Below, in pieces: positions 21,549-34,415 of a stretch of DNA of 64,000 nucleotides. Origin of the DNA: Pocillopora damicornis. Its lineage: Eukaryota. The DNA lies in the NCBI RefSeq assembly GCF_003704095.1, contig NW_020845317.1, positions 124,001-188,000 on the forward strand, read 5' to 3'. Position 1 is the first letter of the stretch. Every line of letters begins with the position of its first letter. Below the pieces are notes generated by a model. That model ran no database searches, had not been told where the DNA came from, and saw only the letters and a list, made by a program, of their open reading frames with translations. The position numbers were made by a program, and so were the translations under genes.

Positions 21549-22570
21549 TTACAGATGTTGAAACTTAGCATTGTTATAAACAGTTTTTATATACGCACTT
21601 GATCTTGCTTTTGAAAGTCTGTTTGAGAAGCTACTTTGCCTGCACTCATGGTTTGTGAAAATGCACGAGATTTTGACTGAATACGGCCCAAAGAAATTGC
21701 TTTTGACAAGTTTTTTGAAAAGTGATTTACAAGGTGTAACCGTTAAATAAACAATCGCAGTAATGACAACAACAAAGGTGTCTTCGTCAGAGCAAATGGA
21801 CTGACTTTTATTAATTTTCTTTTCAGTGACGTATGCCGATAAAAGTCGAAATAGCTCAGCAGTTTTCAAAATGGAGACTCTCCCAATTAATCCGTAAACT
21901 TTTTCAAAGTTAATCAGTTCATATTTTCTCAATGCCCTCTCAATTGACAATAATAATAACACAGTCTATGTTCTCGGGTCCTTATATGTTTTGGGCCCTT
22001 CTTAGAGCTCATTTTAACCTCCGCCTAACGGCTCGGGGTATGATGACTCTGTGTCGGGAGGGTACACTCAAAACATGTTTATGCCCGCGAGCATAAACTC
22101 TCTCGTTTTATTACCTATAATTATAAATACCATAAATATTACCTTCGAGGACTAGTTGTTTACGATATTGAAATGATGAGCCCCTCGGATTTTGGTCCGA
22201 ATTTTCATTAAGCTCTCTTCTATTTGAAGAAATGCGGTACTTGTCGTTAGAACGATGCTCTGGACTTTTCATAAACTTGGATTTTAGAGCAGAACTGATC
22301 AAACCACGAAGCACGATTAACTTTTTATCAGAAAGCTTTCATCACGATAAATTTTCACTACATGTGATTGATCTAGCTCTTTGCCACACATGGCAAAGCA
22401 TGCGAACGGCAATCAGGAGGCTTGGGTTCGAATCGTCAATCGGGTTACTTTCATTTCGTTTCGTCACAAACGAATTTACATCTCTCCTCACGGCCAAGTC
22501 GTGTTCCTTGTTTAATGAGCGGACACTCGTGGCTGACAATTCTGTCTCCTTTATCCAGAAGTTTCAATAA
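21549..22570 (-). pseudogene. Possible decayed ORF interrupted by a repeat
   Basis: ORFs 22342-22539 and 22111-22314 are in the same frame, separated only by TGA-TGA. A further 137-codon ORF (21549-21962) follows a ~160-bp repeat-like insert. Confidence 0.3.
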
Positions 22571-22696
22571 CTTTTTCCATAAGCGGCTACCGATTTTGTT
22601 ATAGGCGGCGGTGCAATCAGGCGAAACCCAAACACGGTACTGAGAGGCCTTACAGTCGGCGGTAGATTGCTGGTAAAGCTGGTGTTTCCTACTTTA

Positions 22697-22862
22697 ATAA
22701 CCCTTCGTTGGCCCTTTGTCCAACGAAGGGCCAAAGCTAGAAATGTCAGATTTGTAAACTCTTACGGTGGCAAATTTACATTATCAACTCAGTTGAGAGA
22801 ACTAAATTATATTGCAATCACCGACACAGCACCACAGTTTCTTTAGAAACTTGCCCCTTTAT
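22697..22862 (+). mobile_element. Family C repeat, right arm with degenerate hammerhead
   Basis: cgaagggccaaagctagaaatgtcag...ttatcaactcagttga...cacagtttctttagaaacttgccccttt. Confidence 0.65.
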
Positions 22863-22870
22863 CTAGTAAT

Positions 22871-23052
22871 GGCGTAGCTCACCATAGAGTTATCTATAGC
22901 ACAGTGGCAGAGCATTGGGGTGCCAAGGCCGAAGATTTAAGGTTCAATTCCACGTGAGAAACTCGGAAATTTTCTTGTCTCAGGTCCGTGTCAAAAAAAG
23001 TTTGCTTTCTCTTTTCGAAGATCGTGCTTAAAATTTTTCAATCTTTCTTATC
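22871..23052 (+). mobile_element. tRNA-derived SINE (degenerate)
   Basis: Pol III A-box TAGCACAGTGG (22897-22907) and B-box GGTTCAATTCC (22941-22951) at tRNA spacing; no clean cloverleaf; non-tRNA tail. Confidence 0.65.
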
Positions 23053-23584
23053 CCAGTGTTCAACAGATTTGGCCAAAATAGGTTCGAAAAGATCTTAGGA
23101 CGCAATCAACCGCAATGACCATCTTGCAAATTGTAAATAAACTGAGAAGTTTAAAGTTGTAGTTAAGTGTTTTGAAATGCCAACTTTTCCCTTTGTAAGA
23201 AACTGCCTCTTATTTACCCGTTACCTCGCTTGAGAACTAATGAATTGCTTCCGTTCTGTACAAGGCACTTTATTAACTGTCCAAGCCCTTTTGTTCGGAG
23301 AGCTTTGTACAAACAATAGTCGAAAAACCTCCAGAGTGATGCGTGTCAAGTTATGCAAACACGACTCACCATGTGTTTGTTTTCCGTGTGCCGTAGTAAC
23401 GAGGAGTAAACAGTTTTTTACAATTTAGCAGTGGCTTTTAGAACTGGAGGAATATAGCTAACCTCAGTTTCTTCCTAAATTAAGGAATCTTTTGATCTAA
23501 GCTCGGTTGGAGTGGAAACTTTTCAAGATTCGTGTTACAGGCGTGTTTTAATTAATTGTTATTTCGCGTAGTTTGGTTTAAAAA

Positions 23585-24817
23585 ATGTCATTTGACTTGC
23601 CGCAGTTTCAGCAAACTTTTGGGGAACAAGTGCGTGAAATACGAGAGCCCAGTGAATGGATGGATCTTAAAAGCCGAGTTGAAGAGGAGAAATTCCGAAA
23701 ATTAAGCGCCGACTTGGAAAGAAGACGAGTTCGAAGGTCTGTCTATTATGCCGAGGAAGAGAAAAGAGTTCTCAGGGAACTTGACAACTTACAGAGAGAC
23801 CAATATCGATTTGAGCGCGAAAAACAACTCCGACTGAGGAATTCAATCTCGTCCTTGTACGAAAAAGGGCATCCGGCGAACGGATCGCCAACAGAAGTTA
23901 ATACTCAACTACCAATGGACCGAAAAGCATTTGGTGGGTCGGCGTCTCTTGCATTTGATCCTGCCGTTGAGAAGAAATCGCTTTCTGCTAGAAAAGCAAG
24001 TAAAGAACATACTGTGAGTTACAGCGCGACGGGAAAGGTATCAAAAAATTACTCATCGTTCAACAGGTTTCCTTTTATCGAGGAAGGAGATGTACAGCAA
24101 TTTCACAAGTGCTGCAAGTCTGCTGCGAAGATCGAGTGTCGGCGATGGGGAGAGGCTTGGTTTTATGCTAAAAATGAGCAAGAGGTATTTGTGGATAGCA
24201 GAAAACGGTGGACTGCTGTTTTACTGAAATCCGAAAGAGAAAGAATGGAAATTTTAAGTAAAAAAGGTGCGGCATTGATGGATTCTGGAACAGGCGTAAA
24301 AACCCACTGTGTCGGTGATGAAACAAAAATTTATGGAGATACTGGGACGGAAAGCGACACTAAAAAAAGACAAGGAAGTCTACCTCCTAGTTTTGAAGCG
24401 AGGAAAGAACAAAGTTATGACAAGAATAGAAGCGTAGAAATCAAGGGAAACAAAACATTAAACTTTTATGAAGCTTTTAGTCTTCCACAAGCACACGCGT
24501 TCAACACTGGAGAGAGTTCCGTTGACGAGACAACGCGAAACACAGACAAGTCGATCTCTGAGGATTGTCAAGAAGTTAACATCAATTCGCTGCAACTGAT
24601 TGCAGGGGAAAAAGTGGTAAAATGGGCGAAGAAAAGTCGAAGTGTTTCTTCTGAGGAGAATAGGAAAAAATTAAAGGAAACCTCAGTGATTCCGATGCCT
24701 GCTATTCACGAACTTGTTACAGAGGGAAAAAATTCAATTTCAGGAGAAAGTTCTAAAACCCTTCCCCGACGTAAACGAACCTTCTGTTTTTTGCCAAAGG
24801 TAACGAGGGAAACATGA
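23585..24817 (+). CDS. Uncharacterised disordered protein (410 aa) with CCDC190-like N-terminal coiled coil
   Basis: aaaaATG start; acceptor-like ttcgcgtag at 23570; helix KFRKLSADLERRR...EEKRVLRELDNLQ. Confidence 0.85.
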   Translation: MSFDLPQFQQTFGEQVREIREPSEWMDLKSRVEEEKFRKLSADLERRRVRRSVYYAEEEKRVLRELDNLQRDQYRFEREKQLRLRNSISSLYEKGHPANGSPTEVNTQLPMDRKAFGGSASLAFDPAVEKKSLSARKASKEHTVSYSATGKVSKNYSSFNRFPFIEEGDVQQFHKCCKSAAKIECRRWGEAWFYAKNEQEVFVDSRKRWTAVLLKSERERMEILSKKGAALMDSGTGVKTHCVGDETKIYGDTGTESDTKKRQGSLPPSFEARKEQSYDKNRSVEIKGNKTLNFYEAFSLPQAHAFNTGESSVDETTRNTDKSISEDCQEVNINSLQLIAGEKVVKWAKKSRSVSSEENRKKLKETSVIPMPAIHELVTEGKNSISGESSKTLPRRKRTFCFLPKVTRET

Positions 24818-25418
24818 AGTTTAAACTTCTTGAAAAAGGCGTTTGATTTTCCCGGCTATTTTATTTATATTTTGAAAACTCTGAGACATTTCAGTGGTCT
24901 AACTGACAATTAAAAAACTTGACTGGCGTGTTTCGGGCGTACAAAGGAGTTATGACTGTATTCTTGGCTTTTATCTTTCTTTCGCTTATTGATAGATACA
25001 GGTCAATTGATAGCTAACAGCAGCACAAAATAAATGGGAAAATTTCCAAATATCTAAAAAGTTATCTGTGTGCGTCACAAAATTTAATGACATCGATGAA
25101 AATAAATATTTTTGTCGGAACTTACATAAGAAAGGGGTGGGTTTTAGTGCAAAGTTAATTGAAATAAGTTTTTTCCCTAAGGTAATGTTTCTGTCAGTTT
25201 CGTGCTGGTTTGTTTGTTATTTATTTAGCGCTTTATTTCGGCAGTTCACTTACAGATGTAAACGAAGCGCATGTTAAGACACCTATTAACTTTCCATTCT
25301 TTTCAGTTTTTTTGAAGTCTTTTCAGGCTTCAAATTTTAATTAAAGATTTACATGCCTGGTTCGTAATGTATCTTGACGACGCACAGTTATTTTTATAGC
25401 TGAAATTAAGAGACGAAA

Positions 25419-25740
25419 ATGGTACTTGAAATTCTGAAATTAGTTGTCGGAAGAAAAGAAACTGAATTGTTTAAAAGCACCTGCCACAGAGGGGGGCAAA
25501 AAAAGAAGAATAATCAACGTTTCCCAGTTCAAACTGAAGCAAGCTCCGAGTTTGCTAGAGAACTCGTTTGTGTACCGAGCCATAAACGTGGTTCCTGCTC
25601 ATTTAGGGCATATAAATCGTGCAAACTGCTAGGATCACTGGCAGAGCACGCACCTGAAACTGAAATCGGAAAAACGTGGAATCTGTCTAAATCACACACC
25701 TGCCACTGAAATCGGTAAAACGTTGAATTTTGTCTAGAGC
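25419..25740 (+). pseudogene. Frameshifted ORF relic with an internal repeated peptide
   Basis: The peptides APATEGGK, APETEIGK and TPATEIGK do not share one reading frame; 46-nt tandem duplication at 25651/25697. Confidence 0.35.
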
Positions 25741-28604
25741 TTGCTAATATTTGGGTGTGCATATCATTAACAAGACCACGTTCAGTTCAGCGAGCCAAGT
25801 GAGGCAGTGGTGCCATTCTAGACAAACTTTAAACTTTAAGGGAAAGGAAAGTAAGAATAAATGCAAAACAAAACAATCAGCTACTGAAGTAACTGATTAA
25901 ACGAAGAAGTGCGTCAAAATTCGTGTGTGAGTAATTTAGGCGGAATGTGGTTCTTCTTTTCCACCTCGCAAGGACATGAGCGTCGAATTTCTAGCATGCA
26001 GTCAGACCTACTCTCTTCATTTAAACATTTTATTTGGCGAAGTAAGGTTCGAACCCTATTTCTCGATCAAATTTGCCGTGCCAAGTCTTAACTCAGGGAT
26101 AAAATGACAAATATAGCTCACTTTTCTAACTGAGATTTTGACCAAATCTTACGTTGCCACAGCAAGAAGTTAAATTATTTTACTTTGCCTTGTTATAAAT
26201 GAGTTTATGTATTTTCATTTTCAAAGTGCACGATGCAAGTGTTAAAAATCGATTGTAACCAATTTGAAAAAGGTTTAAATGGGCGTTTTCTATAAAGAAA
26301 GATGAGGATTTAGGAAATTATCCTAACACATCACTCTCTTTAATTCAGCAAAAGGAAAACAAGACTTAAAATAATTTTTGCTTTCCATCAGGGATTGTTA
26401 TGATAATTAGTTTTCTGCACTGGTGGCGCGATAAAAGTTTGTTTACGTCGATGATAGATTTCGGTGCATTAATTTTTTCCATATGCATGGCCTTGTTCCC
26501 TTAAGGCGGAATATGGCAATTATTTTATTTTGGTTCTATCTTTACACTTAATTTTTGGCAATTCTCTATGTGAAAAAGCCTTTTGGTTGTTGTCCTACCT
26601 TTGAACCAATCATTTAAATTAATGTTCCGAAACTCTGATATAAAAACAAATCTCAATTTACGTATTTTCTTCAGACTGTCATTTCTTTACCGGAGCACAT
26701 ATTGATGTATTCTTACTGTGCTTATAGCTCATGTTCCTCACAGCTACTATAGACTTAAGTGACGTTTGCGTTCAATTTGGCTTCGTCGAAAGAGATTATG
26801 ATCTGGAGGCTGTTCAGCTTGATATGAATATTTCGATAGGTGGTAACTTAAATTGGTCATTTGCCGTCGATGATTGATGTTAAGATAATAATGTTCATTG
26901 AAACAGCTGTTCTTGCGGTTTGTTTCACGAACTGTTTCAACGACACTCTTTGCGGTGACTTTCCGCATCCACGTGTCCTTACACACATATCCGTGTGGAT
27001 CCGTGGAACGTTCTGAATCAGCGTGAACGTGCGTTACTGGAAAAAGCGTTGAACGTAATACGAACCTCACACAATACAGGGAATGTTACGGTTTGTTTAA
27101 TTATCGCCTAGGGCGGGTTGAATAAAGCATTCCAACCACAAACCAATCAGATTCTAGAAAGTGCGGAGAAAATGGGGAGGTCGCGAAATTCAAATACGTG
27201 CTATGAGTGGTACGAGATGTTAAAGACAGTGTGAGTAGCGTTCTGAAAGCGCTCTACAAAGATTAGCTTTTTTTAATATTGTGAACGCATTGCAGCAAAA
27301 ATAGACTACCGAGCTAATTGTTTAAGTATCTTTAACGTCAAGTGGTAAATTTTGAGTACACAGAAAATATATCAAATAAGAAAATTAAAGAGATTCTATG
27401 ATCAGTTTTACCTGATAATAAGCTGAACTATTTCCTTTAAGATATTGGACTTTTCGAATTAAGTTTCTTATCAAAAATATCGTATTTTTGTTGAGCTTTT
27501 TGAATTATTTTACTTTGAAAACGTTGAAATTTCAAAATAGCCCGAGAATTTAAGCGCCATTCGTTTAAATATACCATGGTTTTAGCTTGAAGCATTTCAA
27601 AGGGGTTTATTGTGATATTGTTGTGACTTGTTTGGATAAAAAACAAAATGAACCAAATACATTAAATATGATTTTTCATTTATTTTCATTTTAAGTTGCT
27701 ACGGGCGTATTTTTGCATTCATATACCTCTCTTATGAAATTTTCTGTAGCCCTTTTGTAAGTTTCTCATGTAAATATTTTAGTCCTCCCCGCTAAAATGT
27801 AAGAAAAGTTTTTAATGGCGCACGCTGACTGCGTTGAAGCGCCGAGCTGGACCAGCTTACAGATTAAAGTTTCTGTCTCGCTTTCAATCTTTGTTGTTTC
27901 GCGGTTGTCATAATAATGAGAGGCATTAAATTGTTCTTCAGCGACAGGGGAGGTTGCAGTTGTTTCCTGCAGAGTTCCACCTTTGTCGTGATTGTGAATT
28001 AATTTGTGATATCTCATCTAAAGCGGACCAAAGTGAAAAAGCTTATTTTTCTCAATATCCGCCAGAATGCCTACCGGCACAGGCGAAAGTATCCGCATTT
28101 GACTCTCCTTTTAATTGTAACCTCTAGCGAGCCGAAACTGTCTGGGTTATCTCCTATAAACTTTATTTGCTTTGGAAATAACAAAAATAATTACGAACTG
28201 CGGGATATAGAGGTTGTACCCAGAAATTACAATTTTTTGAATCACGAGCGTTTGGTTTGTAAAACTTGTCACATCGAGAAAAAGAATCTTAGCTAATTGA
28301 AGACATGGTCCTTTTTTTTTATGTATTGCCATCTCTGGCTTCCGAAATATTTTAAGTTTAGCTTTAGAGGCTATATTGATTCTTAAATGTACTAGCGAGA
28401 CGGTTTTTCTGAACTTTTTTCGACATCAGACTTGGCGTTAGTTCACTTTCCAATCCGAATCTGTGTCCTCCACTATGTCAATATATTCGCTTGCTCATGA
28501 TAGTTTGTCACCAGGTTAAAAGGAGGCAAAGTGAAACCAACCCTAAAATCATTCCGTTTGCATGGTGTCTGCTCCATGATTAAGAGAACCGCATTTTGCA
28601 TCTT

Positions 28605-29270
28605 TTAATTGATGTAAGAAGCGTAGACTCGCTCTGCGTTTACCTTATCTTCGTCACTATCATAACATTCGCTTTGGCTACATGAAGTTCTGGATGCAAA
28701 TTCTTGATCATTTTTAAAGTCATCTTCGTTTTCTAATGGAGTTGGATTTGTCGGTCTTTCCAAAGCGTCCTCAGTCGCCGAAAAAATCAACTCGTTACAT
28801 TCCCCCGTGCTTCTCGAGCGGATGCGCGGGTTCGTTTCCGTGCTACTGCTACGACTCGGAGCTACACGTCCGTACGACGCGCGTGGCCTCTCGCGATCTC
28901 GAGGCCGAGCGATTTTTGGCGTGCTGTATATGTCTGGAACTTTTGGCTTGCCGCCGAGTGATGCAGGTTCCTCGAGCGCACGACATTCCTTTCCTTTCAA
29001 AAGCGTCGGCCTGCTCAGAACAATGTCGTCCCCCGGCCTGTGTTTTCGCTGGCTCCTGTGTGGGTCAAATTGATCCAAAGAATCCAGCATTTTGCCATTC
29101 AGTGGAGGGAGTCTTTTCAGCTTGTCACTGTTAATATTCAGAACCGGATTTGCTGGAGTTTTAAGCAGTCTTTCTTGCTCAATAATCAGCCTTAACACTG
29201 CAGTTGATTCTTCGTCATTAAATTTGCTCCGCGGTGGAATTCTACGATAGTTATCAGTTGTATTTTCCAT
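28605..29270 (-). CDS. Uncharacterised disordered protein (221 aa), probable paralog of ORF 39772
   Basis: aaggATGG start; probable 5'UTR intron (donor after 29897, acceptor before 29331); shares three motifs with 39772. Confidence 0.8.
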   Translation of the reverse strand: MENTTDNYRRIPPRSKFNDEESTAVLRLIIEQERLLKTPANPVLNINSDKLKRLPPLNGKMLDSLDQFDPHRSQRKHRPGDDIVLSRPTLLKGKECRALEEPASLGGKPKVPDIYSTPKIARPRDRERPRASYGRVAPSRSSSTETNPRIRSRSTGECNELIFSATEDALERPTNPTPLENEDDFKNDQEFASRTSCSQSECYDSDEDKVNAERVYASYIN

Positions 29271-30130
29271 CCTTCATCCGTTTTGTTTTATCACTCATTG
29301 CCAATAAATTTTATTCATGTCGTTCTTTAGCCTGTGAAAGGAAAAATCTTTTTAATGTCAAGATGGTTGAAATATTGACAACCTTACGCCAGCAATTAAC
29401 ACTAATATTTTCTCGTGAAATAAAAAATAAGGAACTACTGAACCAATTTCCATATTTTCAAAATAAGTGTCAGTTAAAGAAACCGAAGAACACAAAGTAA
29501 AAAACATGTTTTCTTCGTTCTGTGTAAAACTGTCTTATAGACTATAACCTTGCCATCATGTTTCTGTATGGCCCAAAGACAAGTTGAAAATGAAGGCAAT
29601 TATAACCTCAGAAAATACCTGTCAAGTTAAGCTTATGCTTCTGAAGACGAAATTGGCGGATGAATTAAAAACGTGATGGTGACATTTCGAAGAGGATCTC
29701 GAGCACCGGTTTTATTAACACAAGAAATCCGCGGCTACGTGACCGAATTCGAGATGTGTAGTTTTAGTTGCTGTGAAAAGCGTCTCTTAAATGTTACATA
29801 TCCTTACTGGCGAATCGACTTTTGTGTGTCTATGGCAATTAGTTTTTCATTTACGCTGCATTCTTTGTCACGTTAATTAGGTGCAAAAAAACTCACCATG
29901 TTCAACGCTGTATGCTATTATGATCGAGACTGATCAACTTGACTCTGGATAGGATTCCCCTTTTAACATCATAAGCACTTACTGATTAAAGACGACATTT
30001 CTGCCGCTAGATATCATAATGGAATGACTCCTTCGATGTATGCGCTTCTTTAAGGGATCCCCGCAATGTTTTCAAAAACAAGCATACTGCGGACAGGTGC
30101 AGGAAAGGCGCCACACTGTTTTTCTTACTT

Positions 30131-30144
30131 GTAACCATAGCGAC
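30131..30144. promoter_or_regulatory. RFX X-box-like site upstream of ORF 28605
   Basis: GTAACCATAGCGAC, ~235 bp upstream of the putative 5'UTR exon donor at 29897. Confidence 0.4.
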
Positions 30145-33100
30145 AAAACAATGAGTCGCCGCTTTTTCCTCACAGAACTCAAAATTTGATCAAATTTTTA
30201 GCTTTTCGATAGCTGCAAAAGAGTTTTGTTACCACCATCGGGGGTGAAAATAAAGTGGGACCTGGCGCTGATTTGTACTGTTTTCGAGCGCTCAAAGGCA
30301 AGATACTTATGTGATGTGAGAGATTTGCAAAATTCAATTTCTCTCTTATGTCAAGTTTGTGTCAGCTATTGTAAACAACTTACGCAGCTACACAAATTTT
30401 ATGTTTCTCGATTGATTGTTTGATGGTTAGTATAGCCTCTGACCATTAATTAAGTTCATGAAAGGGGTAAGGTAGTTGGAAAAGTAGATTTGAAAAACGT
30501 TAATTTTAAAGGACAAGTTTCCCATGCATAGTTTTGTCATCTGGCATGTAATTTTCTGCTTCTTTAAAATCGCATCAACTAAAATCATATATTTTGGGAG
30601 CAATTACTGGATTACCATAAACGCTTTGTTTATCCTGAAGATTTTAAAATTTTTTAAATTCATTCCTTGTGTGAATTTCTGACGAGATTTCGCTTGAATA
30701 AAAATAGAACCTGCCGTGAAAGACTGAATTCTCAGAAAATGATCATGTTTCCGGAAAGAAATGCATTTGAGAAGGATCCAATTTCACTTTATGTCTGAAT
30801 GGATTGTCTTTCCCTTCTGACAAGTTTCGCAAAAGTGGTAAATGTATATGTGTTTTAATATAAAATTTGCTAAAAATTAGTTAAAAAACCCCCTGCAAAG
30901 GCACTTCCGTCACATAATTTTACCGTCGCGCTGTATGTTGAACAACTTTTCTGGAAGGTTCGAGGTTATTGCGAAATAGAACTTCTCCACATGACATTGA
31001 TATATTTCCCGTTGGCAAGGTTAAAAAAGAAAAGCAAAACAAACTAGTGGACTCCTTACCTTCAATAGACTGAGTAAATCAACAATTAGATGGAGCAGCG
31101 TGTTGGGAAAATTTTCATAACGTTCCGTCGCCAGCTTCGCAACTCCGCTGCTTCCACTTAAAAATTTTGGAAGATACTCCAAGAATCGGCGACTATTTTA
31201 ATCTCGAATTGAAAGTTTAGTATGAATACTGTACAAAGGCTTTCCGGCACTATCTGATATCAAGGTCTGACTCCCGAGTTTGTATACGCACCTCTAGAAA
31301 GAGCCTCAGTTAAGCAGGATTGGCTTCGAACTACATCTACAGTCAAACAAAAACTATTTCATTGTTAGTTGTTTTGAAGTTTCTTTTGTTTCCACGGTAT
31401 TAAGCGCTCAAGATTCAACTTCTTTTTGCCAATTTGATAGCTTACACGTAACTGAAGCGTTGGTTCTGGAAACTATTAAAAAAAAGCGGAAAAGTGAGAT
31501 ATTCAAAGATTGCGTACATCGCCCCTGGGGTTGCTTTAGAGATCTGAATACATCCGTGAGGAGAATATACACAACATTACCAGCACTCATGAGCTAAAAT
31601 GTTGTACGAGATAGATTCGAGTTTGTAATTAAACTTTGGTCAACAACTTTTTTTTTTTACAAATTTTGGTCAATACGCCATTTTATCGCCTGCCAAGAAA
31701 TACACAGAAAGGCGTTGAACTGAAGTACCTTCTGAAAGTTAAGTGTATCGTAGAATAAAGAAAATTAATTTGTTCACAAGAAGACCTGTTATCATAACTG
31801 CTGCTGCTGGTTATTTTTTTCCCAATGTTCAAATTATTGGTTTTTGTCAAAGTTGCATAGATATAAAACATTTACAATAGTTTTTTTGAGATATCTTTTG
31901 GTAACTTTTCTGATCTTTTAACATCTGGTAAGCCTTACCGCAGTCTTTAGTTTAATTTAGATTTTCAGATAGTTGCATGCCGCTTATTTAGTCTATCTTC
32001 AGGAAAAACATAGCTTTAGGCTAAGTTTTTCGATTGGAATCATTTAAGTGTACTTTCACGGGTATTTAGATTGTCCAATCGTAATTCAAAGCACGAAAAT
32101 CCCTGCTGAAAAATGGTGATATTTTTTTTACTCTCACTTAGGATAAAATTCGCTCTCGGTCATTGAGTGGGAGCCTGCGGTTAATGAGTGAACGTGCGCG
32201 GTGCCCATATTTTTCTCTTGCTTAAATTTACAACGCAGTGGCCGGCAGAATTTAGTTTGTTCCCCAAGAGGTCACCCATGCGCGGTGGTTACACAAAGTC
32301 AGAATAGAGATAGTGTCATAGACACGGGGTGGATTGTTTTAAATTCTCTTTCAAACGGAAAATTTATGAATCTTTTAGTTTTAAATGTAAACCCAAGCCA
32401 CTAATATTGAGTGAAATTTAAAAACAAGAAAGGTTATTTGAATAATAGACAATGAGTTTACATATCATGGAGGAAGGAACCAATTCATTTTCTTTTTTTT
32501 TTGAAGAGAAATCGCTTTTGAGATTTAACATTTGTTTGAAAAGAAAGAGAATACATTTGGTGAAACAATTACGTTTTTCTTAGTCCAGAGTTTAAATCGT
32601 ATAAAGCGCAATAGCTAACTAGATATGTTTCCGTTGTTATAGAATGCAAATGTATACCTTATGGTATGCGTTGATGTCTGTGGCACGGAAAGCTCTGAAA
32701 ATACGTTTTTTAGGTCGATGTTTCGAGCCTGAAAACCCACCTTGACCAGTGCTCTAATTTTTCTGAAAATTGTCCCTTTTTTTAAATAAACTTTATCTCG
32801 AGGCCGTTATACATAACGCAAAAAGTCGACGAATACACTGTTCAATTTCTTGTAAAAATGAATGTGGCATCTTAGAGACACTATTGACGAAAAAAACTCT
32901 TATTTCTTTGTCAATGAAACATCTTAACTTCTAATCAGTAAGATAAAGTATGTGTGGCAAAGTATTGAAATAAAAGTAAATTCAAGAAATTCCTCAGCTT
33001 ACCTTAAACAATTCCAAGAGAACTATGTTTCAGCGGACATAAATAAAACCTCCTGAGAGAATTTATTCATTCGCTAAGACCAATCTATCGTTAAATAATT

Positions 33101-34090
33101 CATGTTGTATTTTCCGTGTCGAGTATGAAACATTAACTCGTATGTTCTAGACGTCAGAAGAGGTCATTAGTAGTGGAAAATCCATTAATTCAGACCTATG
33201 TTTATAAATAAAGAGAGGAAATAAGAGCCTCCCTAATGGGCCATCTTTCATTCGGTGACTTCTTGGCGCCAAACCAATAACAAAAACTACTCATGCTGCT
33301 CCTTTTTAAGGTTGAAAAGAGGAATATATAATAAAGGATTACAAAAAAAAGGCAGACACGGTTTCATCACAGGTGGATGAAATTATAATTGAGTATGCTG
33401 GAAAATAGCAATTAGAAATGTTTTTGTCAACTGGTATGATAATTTGATAAAAGGCATTTTATAGCGGCTAAATTTAGCAGCGTTATTTAATCAGCCTCAT
33501 GAAAATTGTGTAGGAATAACGTTTCTTTTCACGCGGATGAGTTATGAATGTAGTCTCTAATAACTTTATCAACCAAATAGTTCAGACATTATCAAGAATA
33601 TTTCATCTGCTTTTGGACATACAACCGAAAGACAGAGCAAAATTGAAACTTCTCGCTACTAAAATTTGTTTTATTCCTCTCCATTGCAACTCAAAATTAG
33701 TAAGGAATTGTGCTAGAAATAAATTTTTTCATATTTACACTGAAAAGGCCATATATTATTCCAAAATTGTAAAATATTTCCTTATCATCAGTTGCTAATA
33801 AATTCAGTACGTTACCCCTCATATCGTCACGATTCACCCCTCTTTTGCCTCCAAGAGAAGGCTTATTTAACTTCTATAAAATATAGGCTGTTTCAATTTC
33901 GAAAACTGAACTTCCATAAAGCGTAGTTTAGTGTGGTCGATCTATTAATGCTGACCGAAAGGAAAGTGGGCTCAGGTGTAAATGCTTCGTCAATTCATTG
34001 TGACATTGTGTATCGCGTACTTGAATCAGTTGAAGGAAATAACATCTGGCGTCTAGAACATAACTCTTACACCGTTGAAACTGGCTTTGA

Positions 34091-34415
34091 TTAACTTCTT
34101 ACTAACCGAGCGTGAGGGCCCTACTGGGGAATATCGTCCCGAAGTTCTTGGCAGTACGGACCGAGCGGAGCTAGGTCCTTACAGAAGCGACCGAGGGTCA
34201 TCTTTCCCTTGTACGAATCGAGCAAGCGAGGTTAGTAAGTAGTAATATATGGCACTCGGACCAAACTTGTTTATAGTATATTCCGGCTTTTGCGACCAAA
34301 AATACACAGCACAGGACCGTTTCCGTGAAAACGGTCCGTATGCCAAAAAACAGACCGAACATGAACCAATCAGTACGCTCGGATTTACCTCAAGCCTACC
34401 TTGGCAGGTAATAAT
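34091..34415. repeat. GC-richer interspersed repeat with inverted arms
   Basis: cttactaaccgagc...gcgaggttagtaag arms; internal ggaccgttt...aaacggtcc hairpin. Confidence 0.5.

Noticed and set aside
22895-22960. Functional tRNA gene
   Set aside because: A and B boxes are present, but acceptor and anticodon stems do not pair cleanly and a SINE-like tail follows.
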